A stretch of 63,693 nucleotides of DNA, filler included, from Phoronis australis (lineage: Eukaryota; Animalia; Phoronida): assembly GCA_002633005.1 (NCBI GenBank). It is 11 parts of 11 records of this genome, joined end to end, with 100 filler letters (N's around TTAATTAATTAA, not from the genome) between each part and the next. Parts side by side here need not be neighbours in the genome. Positions count along the whole stretch, not along the records: positions 24,637 to 28,515 come from NMRA01002794.1; positions 28,616 to 33,703 come from NMRA01002432.1; positions 33,804 to 39,387 come from NMRA01002312.1; 8 more parts are not named here. One strand, written 5' to 3'. The position numbers were made by a program, and so were the translations under genes. The notes beneath the pieces were generated by a model. It ran no database searches. It was not told the origin of the DNA and worked only from the letters and a program-made list of their open reading frames with translations. This document shows positions 24,646-37,384 of this stretch, one piece after another; position 1 is the stretch's first letter; every line of letters starts with the position of its first letter.

Positions 24646-24948
24646 TCACATCCCAAGAAACCAGCTTCCACTCTCCCGCCTCTACTACGTTTATTGTTGC
24701 TCCAGTTCCTACTACCCTTAAAACCGCTTCTGGTACACCAGAGACTTCTGCGTCCACTGTTGCTCCAGTAACTACTGTTCCTCAAACCACTTCTGGTACT
24801 ACAAGGACCTCTACATCTCGCGGGATGCCTAACACTGTGAGGACGTCTCGTATCCCTCATACCTTAAAACCTACTGAAACTTCTAGCATAGTTACTGGTG
24901 CAAAGTCTGCTACTACGGGAGCTAACAAGGCATTTTTTACCTCTGAAG
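24646..24948 (+). CDS. Thr/Ser/Pro-rich mucin-like exon
   Basis: Open frame TSQETSFHSPASTTFIVAPVPTTLKTASGTPETSASTVAPVTTVPQTTSGTT...FFTSE; possible acceptor TTTCTCAG at 24645; donor G|GTAAC at 24948; phase 1 at both ends. Confidence 0.6.
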
Positions 24949-26208
24949 GTAACTGTTGATGTGTTAACATGGTGTAAACCCCTCCCTGTGTTGACTGACA
25001 GTTTACTTGGTGTCAATCATAAACCATCAGGCACATGTTGGCAAACTGTTTGTCGGTCTTACTGATCACCAAGCTTCAATTGTATAAAGTTCTAGTAACC
25101 CTAGGACTGATGGGATTTGTGGCGCATGCATTACTAAATAAATGAAACCTTTGTAACCTGCTAGCAAAATTTCAGTCCTTTACAAAAGTGAGCCATTTAA
25201 AGTTTCTGATGAAAAAATGCTTTTAATTATTTTAGCTTACAGTTTACGACTTAGTGATTTGCACGCGGACATCTTAGTTCTGCACCGTTCAGGACATTCT
25301 AGTCTGCTCTGCTTACGCTCACTATTTGCTTGCTTTAATCACGTCATTTTGACATTTTGTACCCAGTCAAGTAAATTTAATATGCCAAAATTAAGAACAG
25401 TAAAGTATAAAGTATGCCATATATATATGTGGTGTAGCTATGAATAAACTGAGCACTTAGAAAATTTATAACACAGGTCATAGACCTGGTCGGTCATAAA
25501 ATTATCTTGACTCCCCAGTAACATACAGTGAGTGCAGCCTGTGGTGACTTGACAAATCAAAAAAAGTCCAACACTGTGAAAATGTGGCTGTATTTCTATT
25601 CCTACAGTGTATCTGTGGGTCCAAACCGCGTCATATCAGTGGCAGATACGTCATCACTTAACATGGGAATAGCCCACAACAAAGGCAAATTTAGAGGTAC
25701 GATCATTGTCCTTCATCCAACATCCGTTAAAGCATCATGGAAATGGAGGGTGCGCAGTGTGTCGACATAAAAGAAAGAATATTCTGGCTTGATACCTGAA
25801 CCAATTTTAGGTTGATCTCTGCGTGATGAATGCGACCCATAATCAGCAATTAATGTTTAGTATCTGAAATAGTTGGCTTTGCATAAGCCTTGAGATGCAG
25901 AAATGTTCTTGAATGAAACCACTGGTAGTTAGTTTTAGCACCGGAATGAAATTGGTGTTGTACAGATTGGTGGACTAACAACATCAGAAGAAAATAACAC
26001 CTGAACAGTAGATTAGTTCAATCTGTAGCATGTATTGCCCATTAGTTTGCATGCAACGGTAATCAAATCTGAATCACCTGAGATTAAACAAGCATGTCAA
26101 CATTATCATCTTCGATATTCCAAACAACTAACAAAACGGACATACATAAGTAGCCTTTTCTTTACCATCACCTTGTTTGTTTACATAATAGGTCTTCCCA
26201 GTACGTCA

Positions 26209-26420
26209 TGGGTGTCTCAGAATCGCAGACCTCAAAAACGCAGGAACTGCAAATCTCGAAAGTGCAAAACTCGAAAACACAGGCCTCGAAAACACAGACC
26301 TAGAAAAGGCAGACCTCGAAAACACAGACCCCGCAGACCTCGAAAACGTAGACCCCACAGACCTCGAAAACGCAAACCCCATAGAACTCGAAAGCGCAGA
26401 CCTCGAAAACAAAGACCTTG
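26209..26420 (+). repeat. Minisatellite of ~15-bp AGACCTCGAAAACRC units
   Basis: About a dozen degenerate copies of GACCTCGAAAAC. Confidence 0.85.
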
Positions 26421-26564
26421 ACTCTCAGTCGGGATTTGCTAAAACTAGGCTGTCTTAAGCAGTACTGTTTTGCATGTGTATTTCTTCCATTCTCTGTGCA
26501 TTTCAATTTATTTCTTATAGAGTCTGTCAGTATAACCATCAGGGGTTATTTAACCTTCGCTGCT

Positions 26565-27090
26565 CATGACAGCGTTTTCCCTCTCAGTGACTTTACCAGA
26601 TGAAGGGGGTCTTGAGCCTGTGATAACATCTAGTTTCTTTGTTAACTGCCAAGCACAATCTTTTGTCTGTTATGACAACAGGCAGGCCAATTATTTACCA
26701 GGCTTATTACAGACCACCTGTTAACACAATCAATCCCAGAGTGAATTCATTGGTACATTCGGAAAGAATAGATTATTGTAACTTCCGTTGCAATTGGGTG
26801 ATTTTGGCGATTCAAAAACTAAACATGATCACCATTTGACGAGGAATTCAGAAATGCTATTGGTTTATGTTCAAATATGTTGTAACTTTACTTTTATTTT
26901 TAATAGCCCAGCCCAGTCAGGCTAGATACGATCTTATTGACGATTACAGCAATTATTCAACTAAAGAGAGCTGGCTCTCCAACCATAAATGCCAGAATGG
27001 AGTTAATCAGTCGTGTAAGATATTGGCTACAGGGGTAAACTTCCCAACTTGTTGTTGGGCTTTAGAATCCAACAAAATGCAGTTGTAATG
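26565..27090 (+). mobile_element. Third copy of the ~520-bp CATGACAGCG element
   Basis: Starts CATGACAGCGTTTTCC, colinear with 12974-13496, ends GTAATG. Confidence 0.85.
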
Positions 27091-27433
27091 ACGGTTTAAG
27101 TTATCTAACATATTATGTGGGTGCTTATTTTAATTAGCTCCATCTGTCCAGGCATCATGCCAGTATTGAGTGTATCTGACCTGTTCAGTGCCCTCTAGTG
27201 GCTGTTGCCTTATTTACATCAAATTTTTAGCTTCTTTCTCAGAACGGTTCAATGATCGCCTTGAAACAGTTATGGCCCTATTGATGATAATTGCCTGACT
27301 GCTGTTCCCTCTAGCGACACGGTTAGTTTTCTTTATGCTTGCCTTAAGAACTGCCATTAGTTATGGTGAAGAAGGTTTTTCATTGTCTCCTGAAGTCAGT
27401 TTAAAAATGTAAGCTCATTTACTAGGGGACAAG

Positions 27434-28015
27434 TTGACTAAAACGTTCCGTCAGCGATTGAGCACCCATGTAGCTTGTATTAGTTGGCTGTATACGGGAG
27501 ACAAGTTGACACCTTTAAGGTCACAGTTCAAAGGGGGGGGGGGTTGTGCTGTCAGTACGGATGTTGATAGACTCCTTGATATTACGTGAGTGCCAATTTA
27601 AGTGTCAATAATGTTATCGTTCTCCATGGAGATGGAATGGCCGCTCATGATCATGTGTTCATTGACAGCAGACTTTAATCCAGTTTTGTAATGCTCTTTA
27701 AGCCTGAAGTGTCCGTCTTATGTATGTGTGCGGGGGGAGGGGTCTTGGTCACATGAGGTTAATTATAACACCAACCTGTTTGCCTGCAGGTGTAGTGTCT
27801 TCACTTAATTTTGCCAATTTATTACATAACGTGTTTACTGGCTGCATAAATGAATTTATGCGGTGTGCAATATAGGTTCGACGAAGCTGTTCTGAAAGAC
27901 GTTTTACCTATATAGGGTATAGCCAGAGTGGGTCCATCAGTGGGTTCATGTTGTCTTTGATGTGGTCTCTGGTGGAATATCCAATCAGGATTACTTCAAA
28001 ACTGTCGTAATATGC
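27434..28015 (-). pseudogene. Decayed Penelope-like element (linker + GIY-YIG region)
   Basis: Across frameshifts: PTLAIPYI / LSEQLRRTYIAHRINSFMQPVNTL / KQVGV / RLKEHYKTGLKSAVNEHMIMSGHSI / RNIKESINIR / NLSPVYSQL. Confidence 0.75.
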
Positions 28016-31000
28016 CTTGCCCCCTAGTAAGTGAGCTTTCAATTATATTCTTAACATCTGCAAAGTTCTTTGATGATATAGTTTCGAAATTTGACACAGA
28101 TTTAATGTTTCTAATATCAGGAAGAAGACACCTTCCCTTTTTCAGTTGGACCCTACTTGTACTACAGCTCTTTAGTCACTGTCTTATCAGTTCGGATGAG
28201 CTTTCTTTCTGCTAAATACTTAAAAGATTTTCATGAGTCTGAAAGTGTTCCCATACAGAATTTTGCATTTACTTGAGTCAGTAACTCTTGGTCTCCTTCA
28301 TGAATTTCTGCTATGGCACGGCTGGGCGTGTTCTCAATTAACAAGTTCTTAATGTGAGACATACTATGTACGCCAAAAGTAATCAGCCAAAATACTGTTT
28401 TCCTGTCATGACGGTTAATTTATAATCTGTTAATAGCAAAAAATGACTGGTATCATGGTATCAATATAATTGTAATTACAAAATGACTGGTATCATGGTA
28501 TCAATATAATTGTAANNNNNNNNNNNNNNNNNNNNNNNNNNNNNNNNNNNNNNNNNNNNTTAATTAATTAANNNNNNNNNNNNNNNNNNNNNNNNNNNNN
28601 NNNNNNNNNNNNNNNACAGACAGACAGACAGACGTAAGATAACTTCGTACTGAAGCTGACGAAAATACTTGTCGACCCGCGTAAGCTAAGTAAGCGCCAG
28701 ACAACGGATTGTGTAATGTTTCTGCGCCAACACATTCTGCCATCATATTATGTGAATTTGCATCTAGACTTAACTAGTTAAAGAGTATTGCATATGATAT
28801 TAATTATTTACTTGTAAATTGTGTTAAAGCCAAACATCAAAACATTGTAATTTTGTCAAATGAATTTCATGGAACATGAGCAATTAACATTCGAATTAAT
28901 ATCAATTTCTGTTCGGCAGGTGCGCTTATTCCCTATTTACTACTTTAATACGAACGATATCCATTTGCAATTAACAACATGAACAACGTGTTGTGCATGA
29001 TAAATCGATTAGAACCAGCATGGGCGCTAGGCAGTGTTGCAAACGGTTTTGCGCAATTTGTATTGACTAAAAACCTGGTGCGCCCATTGACTCTTGTTCA
29101 GCGTGCTGAAGCTCTTGATTTGTAAGGCCTAGCGCAGACGAATAGCTGCAAGTTGAGCTGCCGTCCTCAAGTGAATTCTAGCTTAGCTCAAAGCTCGATG
29201 TGGGTTACCCGCTCACAGGAAATAAAATGCTCACTGTCTTTCGCAGAAAACAGCGCAATGCAGTATACACTTTGAGGCTGGGCTGCTGCGTGATTATTGC
29301 CTGAGCATTTAGCTAAACTCGCGCGCATGCTCCGAGGAGTTACTCTCCGCTCGCTGGTTCCCTGCGTGCTTAGCCCAGCCAGCACGCACGGGTATCACGC
29401 AGTGGCACGCGCTTTAGCATTGGTCGATGTAACCTCGACAGTCATTGGTTAGCTTTACACACCATGAAAAAATGGCGGACTGTGAACGATTTTTAGCCTT
29501 GTCATGCAAGTGGCTTCGCAGCAACTATTTCGTTTCTGCAGTGATGTTTTATAGCCGCGTGCTTGAAGCACATACATGTAACAACAAACACAATCTGGCC
29601 GATTTAACCGGTGTGTTATTCATACTGTATGAATACTGGACACTATCGTAAACAAAAGTCATCGACAGTAGAAAGATACATTCCGAAAAGACGCAATCAC
29701 AATTTCTAGGCTTCATATTTCCTGAACATCAATTTAAGCATCGATTTGTCTGTACAACAGACCACATTTACAATTCAGTTCATAGACTTCTTAATACTGT
29801 ATGTGATGTCTATGCTTCAGTCCATCAGTCATGCCAGTTTGTTTGGGTAAAGCGCTGCCTGCTGAGAATTCGACTAGCCAATCAGAAACGCCGGTGTAAA
29901 AAAAATTCCCGAGGAAAATTAAGTGATACCTGCGTGCTGGCGCGGCTACCGCCCCACCTAGAGGAACGCAGGGAGCCAGCGAGTGCGCTTCGCAGATAAA
30001 AGCAAATCCAACAAATGAGACATTCGTCTCGACGCCTTGCGAGGCAAAATCTTCGCAAATCATGTTGCCGCAGGCGTGAGCAATAAGCAAAGCTCATTTG
30101 CACTCGAGGCGCGTTGCTCTCCTTCTGCGCTGGCTCATAGATGCTGGAAAACGTTATGTTAGGTTGCACAGACTTTTCGAGTGAACCATTGTACAAGAGT
30201 ACAGTTTGGGGAAACTGAGGCAAGAGGCAGTAAAAGGTGGTATGAGAACATTTTTCAATAAAATGCAGATCAAGCCCCAGATTAATGACATTTGTCATTG
30301 CTACTAGGAGACAATTTGCTATTTAAGATCGAGATTCAGTCACGAACTCGTGTCAATGATGATTTGCAAATTTCGTTTCAAACACCGCTTAAGAGATTGC
30401 TTGTTTCACGTCCAGCAAAGAAAGAAAGGCAGCAATAATGCCAAATGAACACAAGAGGCGCAAGCAATGTCGACGAGAAAATAGATTTTCTGAGATCAGT
30501 CTCAGCGCAGAACTGAATCTGAAACCCCCGAGGTCGCAGTAACGCTCTCCTGGTGGAGCTTTAGCCCACTCAATAACTGGCAGAGTACTTTTAATCACAA
30601 TCACACCATTTTGGGGAAATTTGTGACTTACAGGGATTACGGATATTTCAATCAACATTCTAAGTGTTTACTCGTGTCGCTGGTTCATGAAACATTCAGG
30701 ACGCAAGAAATAAATGATACCCTACACACACGTGCGCGCGCGCGTACACACACACTTAACACTTCTTGTTCATTTGATCTAGCGTATTCCACACAGGTAA
30801 CTTTCCAAGTCAGATACTGTAGAAATGGCCACCGCCATTTTACGTGATTATCTGTACCTCTTGAAATCTCTACCTGGTGATCGGTAAGTTATTTAAGAAC
30901 GAGAACACTTACCACGTGACACAAAATGGCGCCTTTACGTTCTGTAGAACTAGAGTAACTTGTGTCAAGTTGTAGGCGCACAGAAACTACATGGATACTA

Positions 31001-31737
31001 TAAGTCACATATCACAGACCACGAGCTTGCTACACAAGCAACGGCAGCACTTCGCGGAAGGGTGTACTGAACACAGTGCGTTGTAGGACTTTAACTGTCT
31101 GTTTGCGTCACTTGTAGTAATGTGCAAGTCGGGCTATTTTAATGTAAACAGGGTCTCAAACTTTTGTATCAACATTGCCTAATTCATGACAAGTTGTTCC
31201 AGTCCCATGACGACGTTTGTTAGGTACAGTGGCTACTGCGTAGGGTAAATGCATGGTAAATTCGTGTGAAAGTCGATTTAGTGTCTACTTTGGATTTACT
31301 GGTTACAAGACAATGCCTAAACGAACGCAGTTACATTATGAAACCTATCTATGAACATGGTTTGGAGGAATTTCACGAATTATACATGTGTGTGAGTACG
31401 CCAATTTTTTGCTAATGAGGTTCAGGTGTGCGAGCGGTGGATAGGATATATTTAAGAGTCTAAGTATGTAATGGCGAGAATTGGGATTTGCAATAAAAAC
31501 CATAAAACTCAAAGTCGGTTGTTTGTTATAACTCCAGCCAAAGCTTAAGACTTTAAGAAGTACATTCCACCCAACAATAATCTCAATACAATAATGTTCC
31601 ATTAATTAAATCAGATGTTGGCCAAATCATAGAAATCAATTTTAAAATCAGCGCAACTACGTAGATTTTCATGTTCAAAGTTTCGCTTTAATCGCTAAAG
31701 CATTACCAATATGAACTCAACATTATCAAGCAATAAA

Positions 31738-31959
31738 TATGCGCGCACCCAGCCTCCAATATGGGGGGCTCGAATTCCTGATGTTGTGGATCTTTTGGTA
31801 ACAATAAAACGGCCGCAACACTGTGAATTGCGCGTTTGTGCTTGTTGAGTGGACTTTTGTCTCATTCTCTAGGAATTTTTGTTTCTCGGAGGCGGACCTT
31901 CTTGCCCACTTCGCCAAATGGGGGGCTCGAATGAGCCCCTCCCCCCGGGTGTGCGCATG
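31738..31959. mobile_element. hAT-like MITE (CATGCGCRCACCC family); related ends at ~17853, 32436-32483, 35677
   Basis: TIR ATGCGCGCACCC / GGGTGTGCGCATG; internal GCCCACTTCG and GGGGGCTCGAA motifs shared among copies. Confidence 0.6.
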
Positions 31960-33803
31960 CTATGCTAAACTAACTGAACAAACAACGAATATACTCAAAC
32001 ACAGCAAATTTTAACGAGATAGATTTTTCTGCGTGTTCAACAGATGCAAACGGGAAGGCAACCGTTTTCAGTCGTTTTGGTCAAATGTGATTTTTGTGAT
32101 TATCCTCGAGAAATTTTGATGTTAATAAAATTTCGCTGGGCTCTAAATAGTTTTGTATAAGATCATTTACCGCCATTTTAGTTTGTGCAACGATTCAATG
32201 TGAACATCTGTTGATTGTACATTATTTCCTAAAAATTGCCGTAATAAATTGCCTTCAACAAGTATCCTTTGACAATCCTAGATTGAACTATAACTCAGTT
32301 GAGTGGGATTTAGTTATTGTTTGGCGTGACGTGCACGTGACGGGAAGTCGCTGCAGCGGGCGACCACATTTTGAGACTCGATGACGGATAAATGGTAGAC
32401 AGTGAAAATGACATTTATTTCACAACTACGCAGTAGGACCTTTTTGCCCACTTCGTCCCCCACCCCCCGTGGGTGCGCACATGCGAATCTGTGCTGGTTG
32501 CCTTAGACACTGTGGTGACTTTCCACGCGCATGAGTGACACCAACGTCCTTGAGTCAAAAAGGCACCCCGAACAAGTGCATGGGCGGCGTAGCACTGAAA
32601 AATGAGGGGGCTATCGTCGTAGCACTGAAAAAAGTGGGGCTATACCCCCCCNTGGTGCACCGTCCACGAAGTGGCCACAGAGACGCGCGGCAGAAAAAGG
32701 AAATGCTGATGGTATGTCATCCTTCTTGAGAACGTGTTATGAAGATACTTTCGCGATGTCTAAGTATATGTCCTTTTCGTAATTTGAGGACGGGTAAAGT
32801 TTGTCACGCACACAATAGTTCTACATGCTTTATCCATTGCGCGAACGGGAACGCACCTCCGGCTGACCTTATAATCCACTGGACAGAGCACCAGTACTCG
32901 TGCATGCCGAAGTGTAACAACCTTCAGGCATGCTGGGTAAGACTCAGAGAAAGGCTAGTGACAGAAGACTTGTTACACGGTGACGAGCGCAATGTTGCAG
33001 TGTCAAACATAGTTCAAATTGCATTTAAACAAAGATGTCTGGACACGTGATGGGCTGCGAATGTCACGTCCGGAGTGACACGTGTATTGTCAATTAGAAC
33101 CCGTGTAAATTCGTCAAGGGTAGCCAAAAAAGTCTTATTTTACCGAAAAGGATGCTAAAAATGTTACTGGCCCCTTTGAACTCAAATGTGAATGCAAGAA
33201 ATAAACTTGGCAGAAAGGTAAGAAAACACATATCACCATCGCCTACATGAACTATCCAAGACTTTGCACATTCTTGATAGAATCGCATTCCCCCAAGCCT
33301 ACGTCACAACTCTTGCCAACAGTATGAGATGTGAATCATGCAGGCAGTGTACACGCTGACGGTGAACTAATCAAATACCGATGGTACAAAAATAAAAAAA
33401 ATCTTAAATAGAAAATGATGATCGTTTCTTTCACATTCACTTCTCATTCCAAAATGTTTCCGCTTGCTTACTATACCACATTTTACACAAGCCAACGTAC
33501 AGTTTTTAGTGCCAGACCATACCTTTTTCAAAGTCTCACAATTCACTTATCTCTCACCACAGGGTGTGCCAGTTACCTTCATTCGATCAGGTAAATTTTG
33601 TTCTTTGGGAAATCCCAATGAAATGTAGAATTGTTTTTGGAACGTAAAGAGTTGTGTAACACAATATCCGATACCTTGTTGTGTATATCCGCAATGACGT
33701 TAANNNNNNNNNNNNNNNNNNNNNNNNNNNNNNNNNNNNNNNNNNNNTTAATTAATTAANNNNNNNNNNNNNNNNNNNNNNNNNNNNNNNNNNNNNNNNN
33801 NNN

Positions 33804-35149
33804 GCAACAATCCATCCGGGAATGCACGCTCACTGCCGGCGAAGAGCGCAGCACTTGTGCAAAATTAGGTTGTGTCCCATGGCGGCAGTTTTTGACTCGA
33901 GAAGCTTTGTTCGTGAGTAACTAAGACACTGAAAAGTTATGTAGCTCTTTGGTTTTGCGTCTGCTGGTTTTCGTAGACTTTTCGTCAGCAATGCTGCAGG
34001 CCTACCTACCGATAAAACTGCTAGACTAGTCACTAATATGACTTACTAGTTGGTTACACGTGACGGATGAAATGCATGAATTAATTTGTCTATGTTCCTA
34101 GCCCCGGGATTTGATCAATCAACATAGTGTCATAGCTTATATGTGTAAGGAATGGAAGAGAATGTTGGTGTTTGTAATTATGTAAAACTTGTGTAGTATC
34201 GCTGCGGGATTTTTTGGTTCACGTACTTGTAGCTACATTCGTGCAATGTGTCTGTTCCGTTGATATTTATAACCCTGTGACCTAGATTCCAAACTTGGTT
34301 GACCTATTTTTTCANTTATAACCCTGTGACCTAGATTCCAAACTTGGTTGACCTATTTTTCAAAGCAGTGAATGCCACGTAGCAAATAATTATTGAACAC
34401 ATAAGGGAGTTGTACGTTTCAATTTTGAAGAAAAGTGAAAAATAGAGAGCATTCTGATGAAGTGTTGTTGATAATGTGTCTTAAACCAAGGAATATTCTT
34501 ATGCCTCACTTGATTAACTCATACCTGATTCAATTGGAGCTTCCAGTCCACTGAAACTGGGTGTGTCTGTAAACAGTGCCACAATTTTTTTCTCAGCCTC
34601 CTCCATGGGTTTGGAGCGAGAGCCTCCTCCCGTTTTCTTCACCTCTCTTTGCAGTTGGTTCTTTGAGGCTCTCGCCCCAGACACCATGTGCCTCCACTTT
34701 TCCTTTGTGTCATATGCTATTCTCTTTGCTGTTCCCAGACTTGTGATTGTGGAAGCTATGTCTTCCCAAACCGAGTTCTTTTCGGCCTTCGTCACCTTCT
34801 GACTGAACTTGCTATTAATTACTTGCAAGTTTGACTCGGCAAGTTCAGTCAGAAGGTTGATTTCGTGCTTTGTCCAATTGCAAGATCTTTTCTTTTCTGC
34901 AGCCATTTTGTCTGTGCCATGGTAACAGGAATTATGGGTATTGCCTTATATGGTATCCAATTTGGCTATCCACCGTATAACATAGATATCCGCCGGATAG
35001 TCATCCGAACCTTATCCAAGCTTTGTGCAACCCAAATTTATACGCCGGATAACTATCCGGCGTACAAATCTTATCCGGCGTACAAATCTTATCCGGCGTA
35101 TAAGCTCTTATCCGCTGGATAGTTATACAGACTTTTATGCAACCGGGCC
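33804..35149 (-). mobile_element. PIF/Harbinger transposon end carrying the Myb/SANT-like gene
   Basis: Terminus (minus strand) GGCCCGGTTGCATAAAAG flanked by CAG; TATCCGGCGTA array at 34970-35128; Myb ORF inside. The other end is not seen in this contig. Confidence 0.75.
34525..34906 (-). CDS. Myb/SANT-like DNA-binding protein (Harbinger ORF, NAIF1/MSANTD-like), first exon
   Basis: KKRSCNWTKHEINLL...KNSVWEDIA...KEKWRHM...KKTGGG shows the trihelix Trp spacing and TGGG motif; donor G|GTATGA at 34525. Confidence 0.88.
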
Positions 35150-36265
35150 CAGGTCAACATCACCAGACCCCGCAACTTTCGGGCCGCCTGTGCATGCAAT
35201 CGCTCTTTGCCCAATTTGCCCAATTCTCCGAGGCAACATCTTGCCCCCCCCCCCCTTNTAGATCCGCCACTGTAGTAATAGACAGAACTGATGCGTCGCA
35301 AGTTCGTTTCCAGAGATGAAAAAGAGACCAGAGTTTGGCGTAAGTAAATCATTCATTTTGACTAGACAAGTCAGTGGTACAAAATATTGTATGAGAATAC
35401 ATGTAGATATATAGTTGTAAAATAATGTTATCTCTGGAAAGATGGGCAATAAAAAACGCATCATGTCGGGACGAGAAAACGGCAGAGGGATTGGAAATGC
35501 CTTTGAAAATCTTGCCCGTCCATCTTGCAGAAACAATGAATTAGTGAAAAATTAGGTAGTAAGAACGAAGAAATTCCTAAAGGCAGGTGACAATCATCAG
35601 CATATATGGGATCCGAGAGCTTACCAAACTTAAGGCTCATGGAGGGTAAGCCAAGAAGGAGGCTGATAACAACTACATGCACGCACCCAGGGATGGGTCT
35701 CGGGGGCTCGAACGTTCCCCCTATTTGACGAAGTGGGCAAAAAGGTTAGTCTAAGAGAACCAAAAACTACAAGAAAGTAGAAAACAGGACAAAAGTCCAC
35801 TCAAAAGGCAGGATCTACCAAAATTCGGCGAATGCACAATTCAGAGCTCCGGACGTACATGTACCCCGTAAATCTTTTTTAGCGAAAGTCCACATGCTGA
35901 AATTTGACATTTTTGAGAGCTAGCATTATATATTTGGTTTCATTCTTGATTAAAAGGTGATTTAACAGTGTTTTTTGATTTTCTCATCAAAATTTTATTT
36001 TTCAGGGTACTCCGCTCTGTATTTTCCTTGTTACCCGTCTGTAGCAAATTGATGGTTGCCAGTAAACCCCGATATCCGGAGTCACCATGCTGATTTGCTT
36101 GCCGGGTTTTTGCAAAGAGCGGTTTTCAAAGAAATTTGGATTGCGTTACTTCACAGTTCTTTCAAAATATACCTGGATTATGAAAGCATGAAAATTTCGA
36201 GACACCCAGTTGAGAATACAGATCAAAAAGTTTGAGTCTAATACTGGAATTAAAACTTACAAAAA

Positions 36266-36643
36266 TTAGTGACGTTGCGTCCGCATCTCACGGACTTCAG
36301 CTTGGCTTGTGACGTTATCGTTATTCTGGCCAATTGGTGGCGTTTTGGCTAAACGGCGTGGCATTGACATCAGTACACCATCCCATACGTGTGACAAATC
36401 GAATCGTAAACCACCTCTTTTATTTAAAAAGAGACTCTCAATGCGCTCATGGAGAGCTTCCTTTACACCCCTTTTGGACAAGTCTCCCTCACGGTCTAAG
36501 ATAGCAACATCATCCGTATTGAAATCATGTCCAGTAGCGCATATGTGGCTAAAAATAGCCGAATCATAAGTGTCCCCGTAACTAGGACGGCGATGTTGTG
36601 ACATACGCATTTTAATGGACTGTTGCGTTTTACCAATGTACAT
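36266..36643 (-). pseudogene. Penelope-like element 3' fragment, GIY-YIG endonuclease
   Basis: YIGKTQQSIKMRMSQH..SAIFSHICATGH..KRGVKEA....LNKRGG.. L..VW. Confidence 0.9.
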
Positions 36644-36810
36644 GTAACTGTTTGAGCACTGGGGATCCTTACACCAGACACCGCAGTTCGGGGGTACGAA
36701 TGTCTGAAGGGCAAAATTCTGGCTAATACTCTATTTGCCGTGCCCCCCCCCAACTCAAAATCCTGGATCCGCCCCTGCATCATAAATTTACATACTGAGG
36801 TAGAAAAACA

Positions 36811-37384
36811 GCTAGCTGTATGAAGACTGTCGTCAACATACAGCTAGGTAGCCATATGTAGAGCTCCGTTAGACACCGAAATTTCACACAACCCGGGTGC
36901 TCAGCTCGTCACCTCGTCGTGAAACTTAGAGCTAACAACCCGCAGGGGTGCATGACGAAGCTGGGAATGAATCGACATTCACAGTGCCCGTTACAGCGGT
37001 TTGTAGAAGTAAACAAAATCTAATAAACGTTACTTTTCGCAATTCTCCGCCTTATCTAACAAAGGAAAATCAAGTGCCTTCGTTTTGAAAGCAGTGCAAT
37101 CTCGTGACACGCGCACGTACTCGCCATTTCCCAAAACTTTGCGATATCTCTCGAGAGTATTTTCTGAAATTGTAAAAAGCAGTTTTTTTGGTATCAAAAT
37201 AGTAAAAACTTGTAACGAAATGATTGTTATGACATGTATGCAACCTCCACAGCTGATTGAAGAACATAGAAATTGGCCCGATAGGTGACGCAATGGCGCC
37301 AAAAGAGCGCATCGCAATTTTAGCAGCAGGATTACTGAAGAACGCCAATTTTCCAACACCCGGGTGAATAATTTAGTTTACTCA
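36811..37384 (+). repeat. Dispersed repeat copy 2 (homologous to 386-1010)
   Basis: Colinear similarity with the start of the window. Confidence 0.75.

Noticed and set aside
23335-24948. Joining the SRPRB-like exon to the mucin-like exon as one novel membrane mucin
   Set aside because: Phases are compatible, but an artificial linker separates them and the first exon resembles SRPRB.
26035-26421. Arg/Lys-rich protamine-like ORF (RPRKH repeats)
   Set aside because: Translation of the 15-bp minisatellite; non-ATG start and no independent coding evidence.
34267-34362. ~48-bp direct duplication
   Set aside because: The copies are separated by a single N, typical of an unmerged contig overlap; the contig-end duplication at 28440-28515 is similarly suspect.
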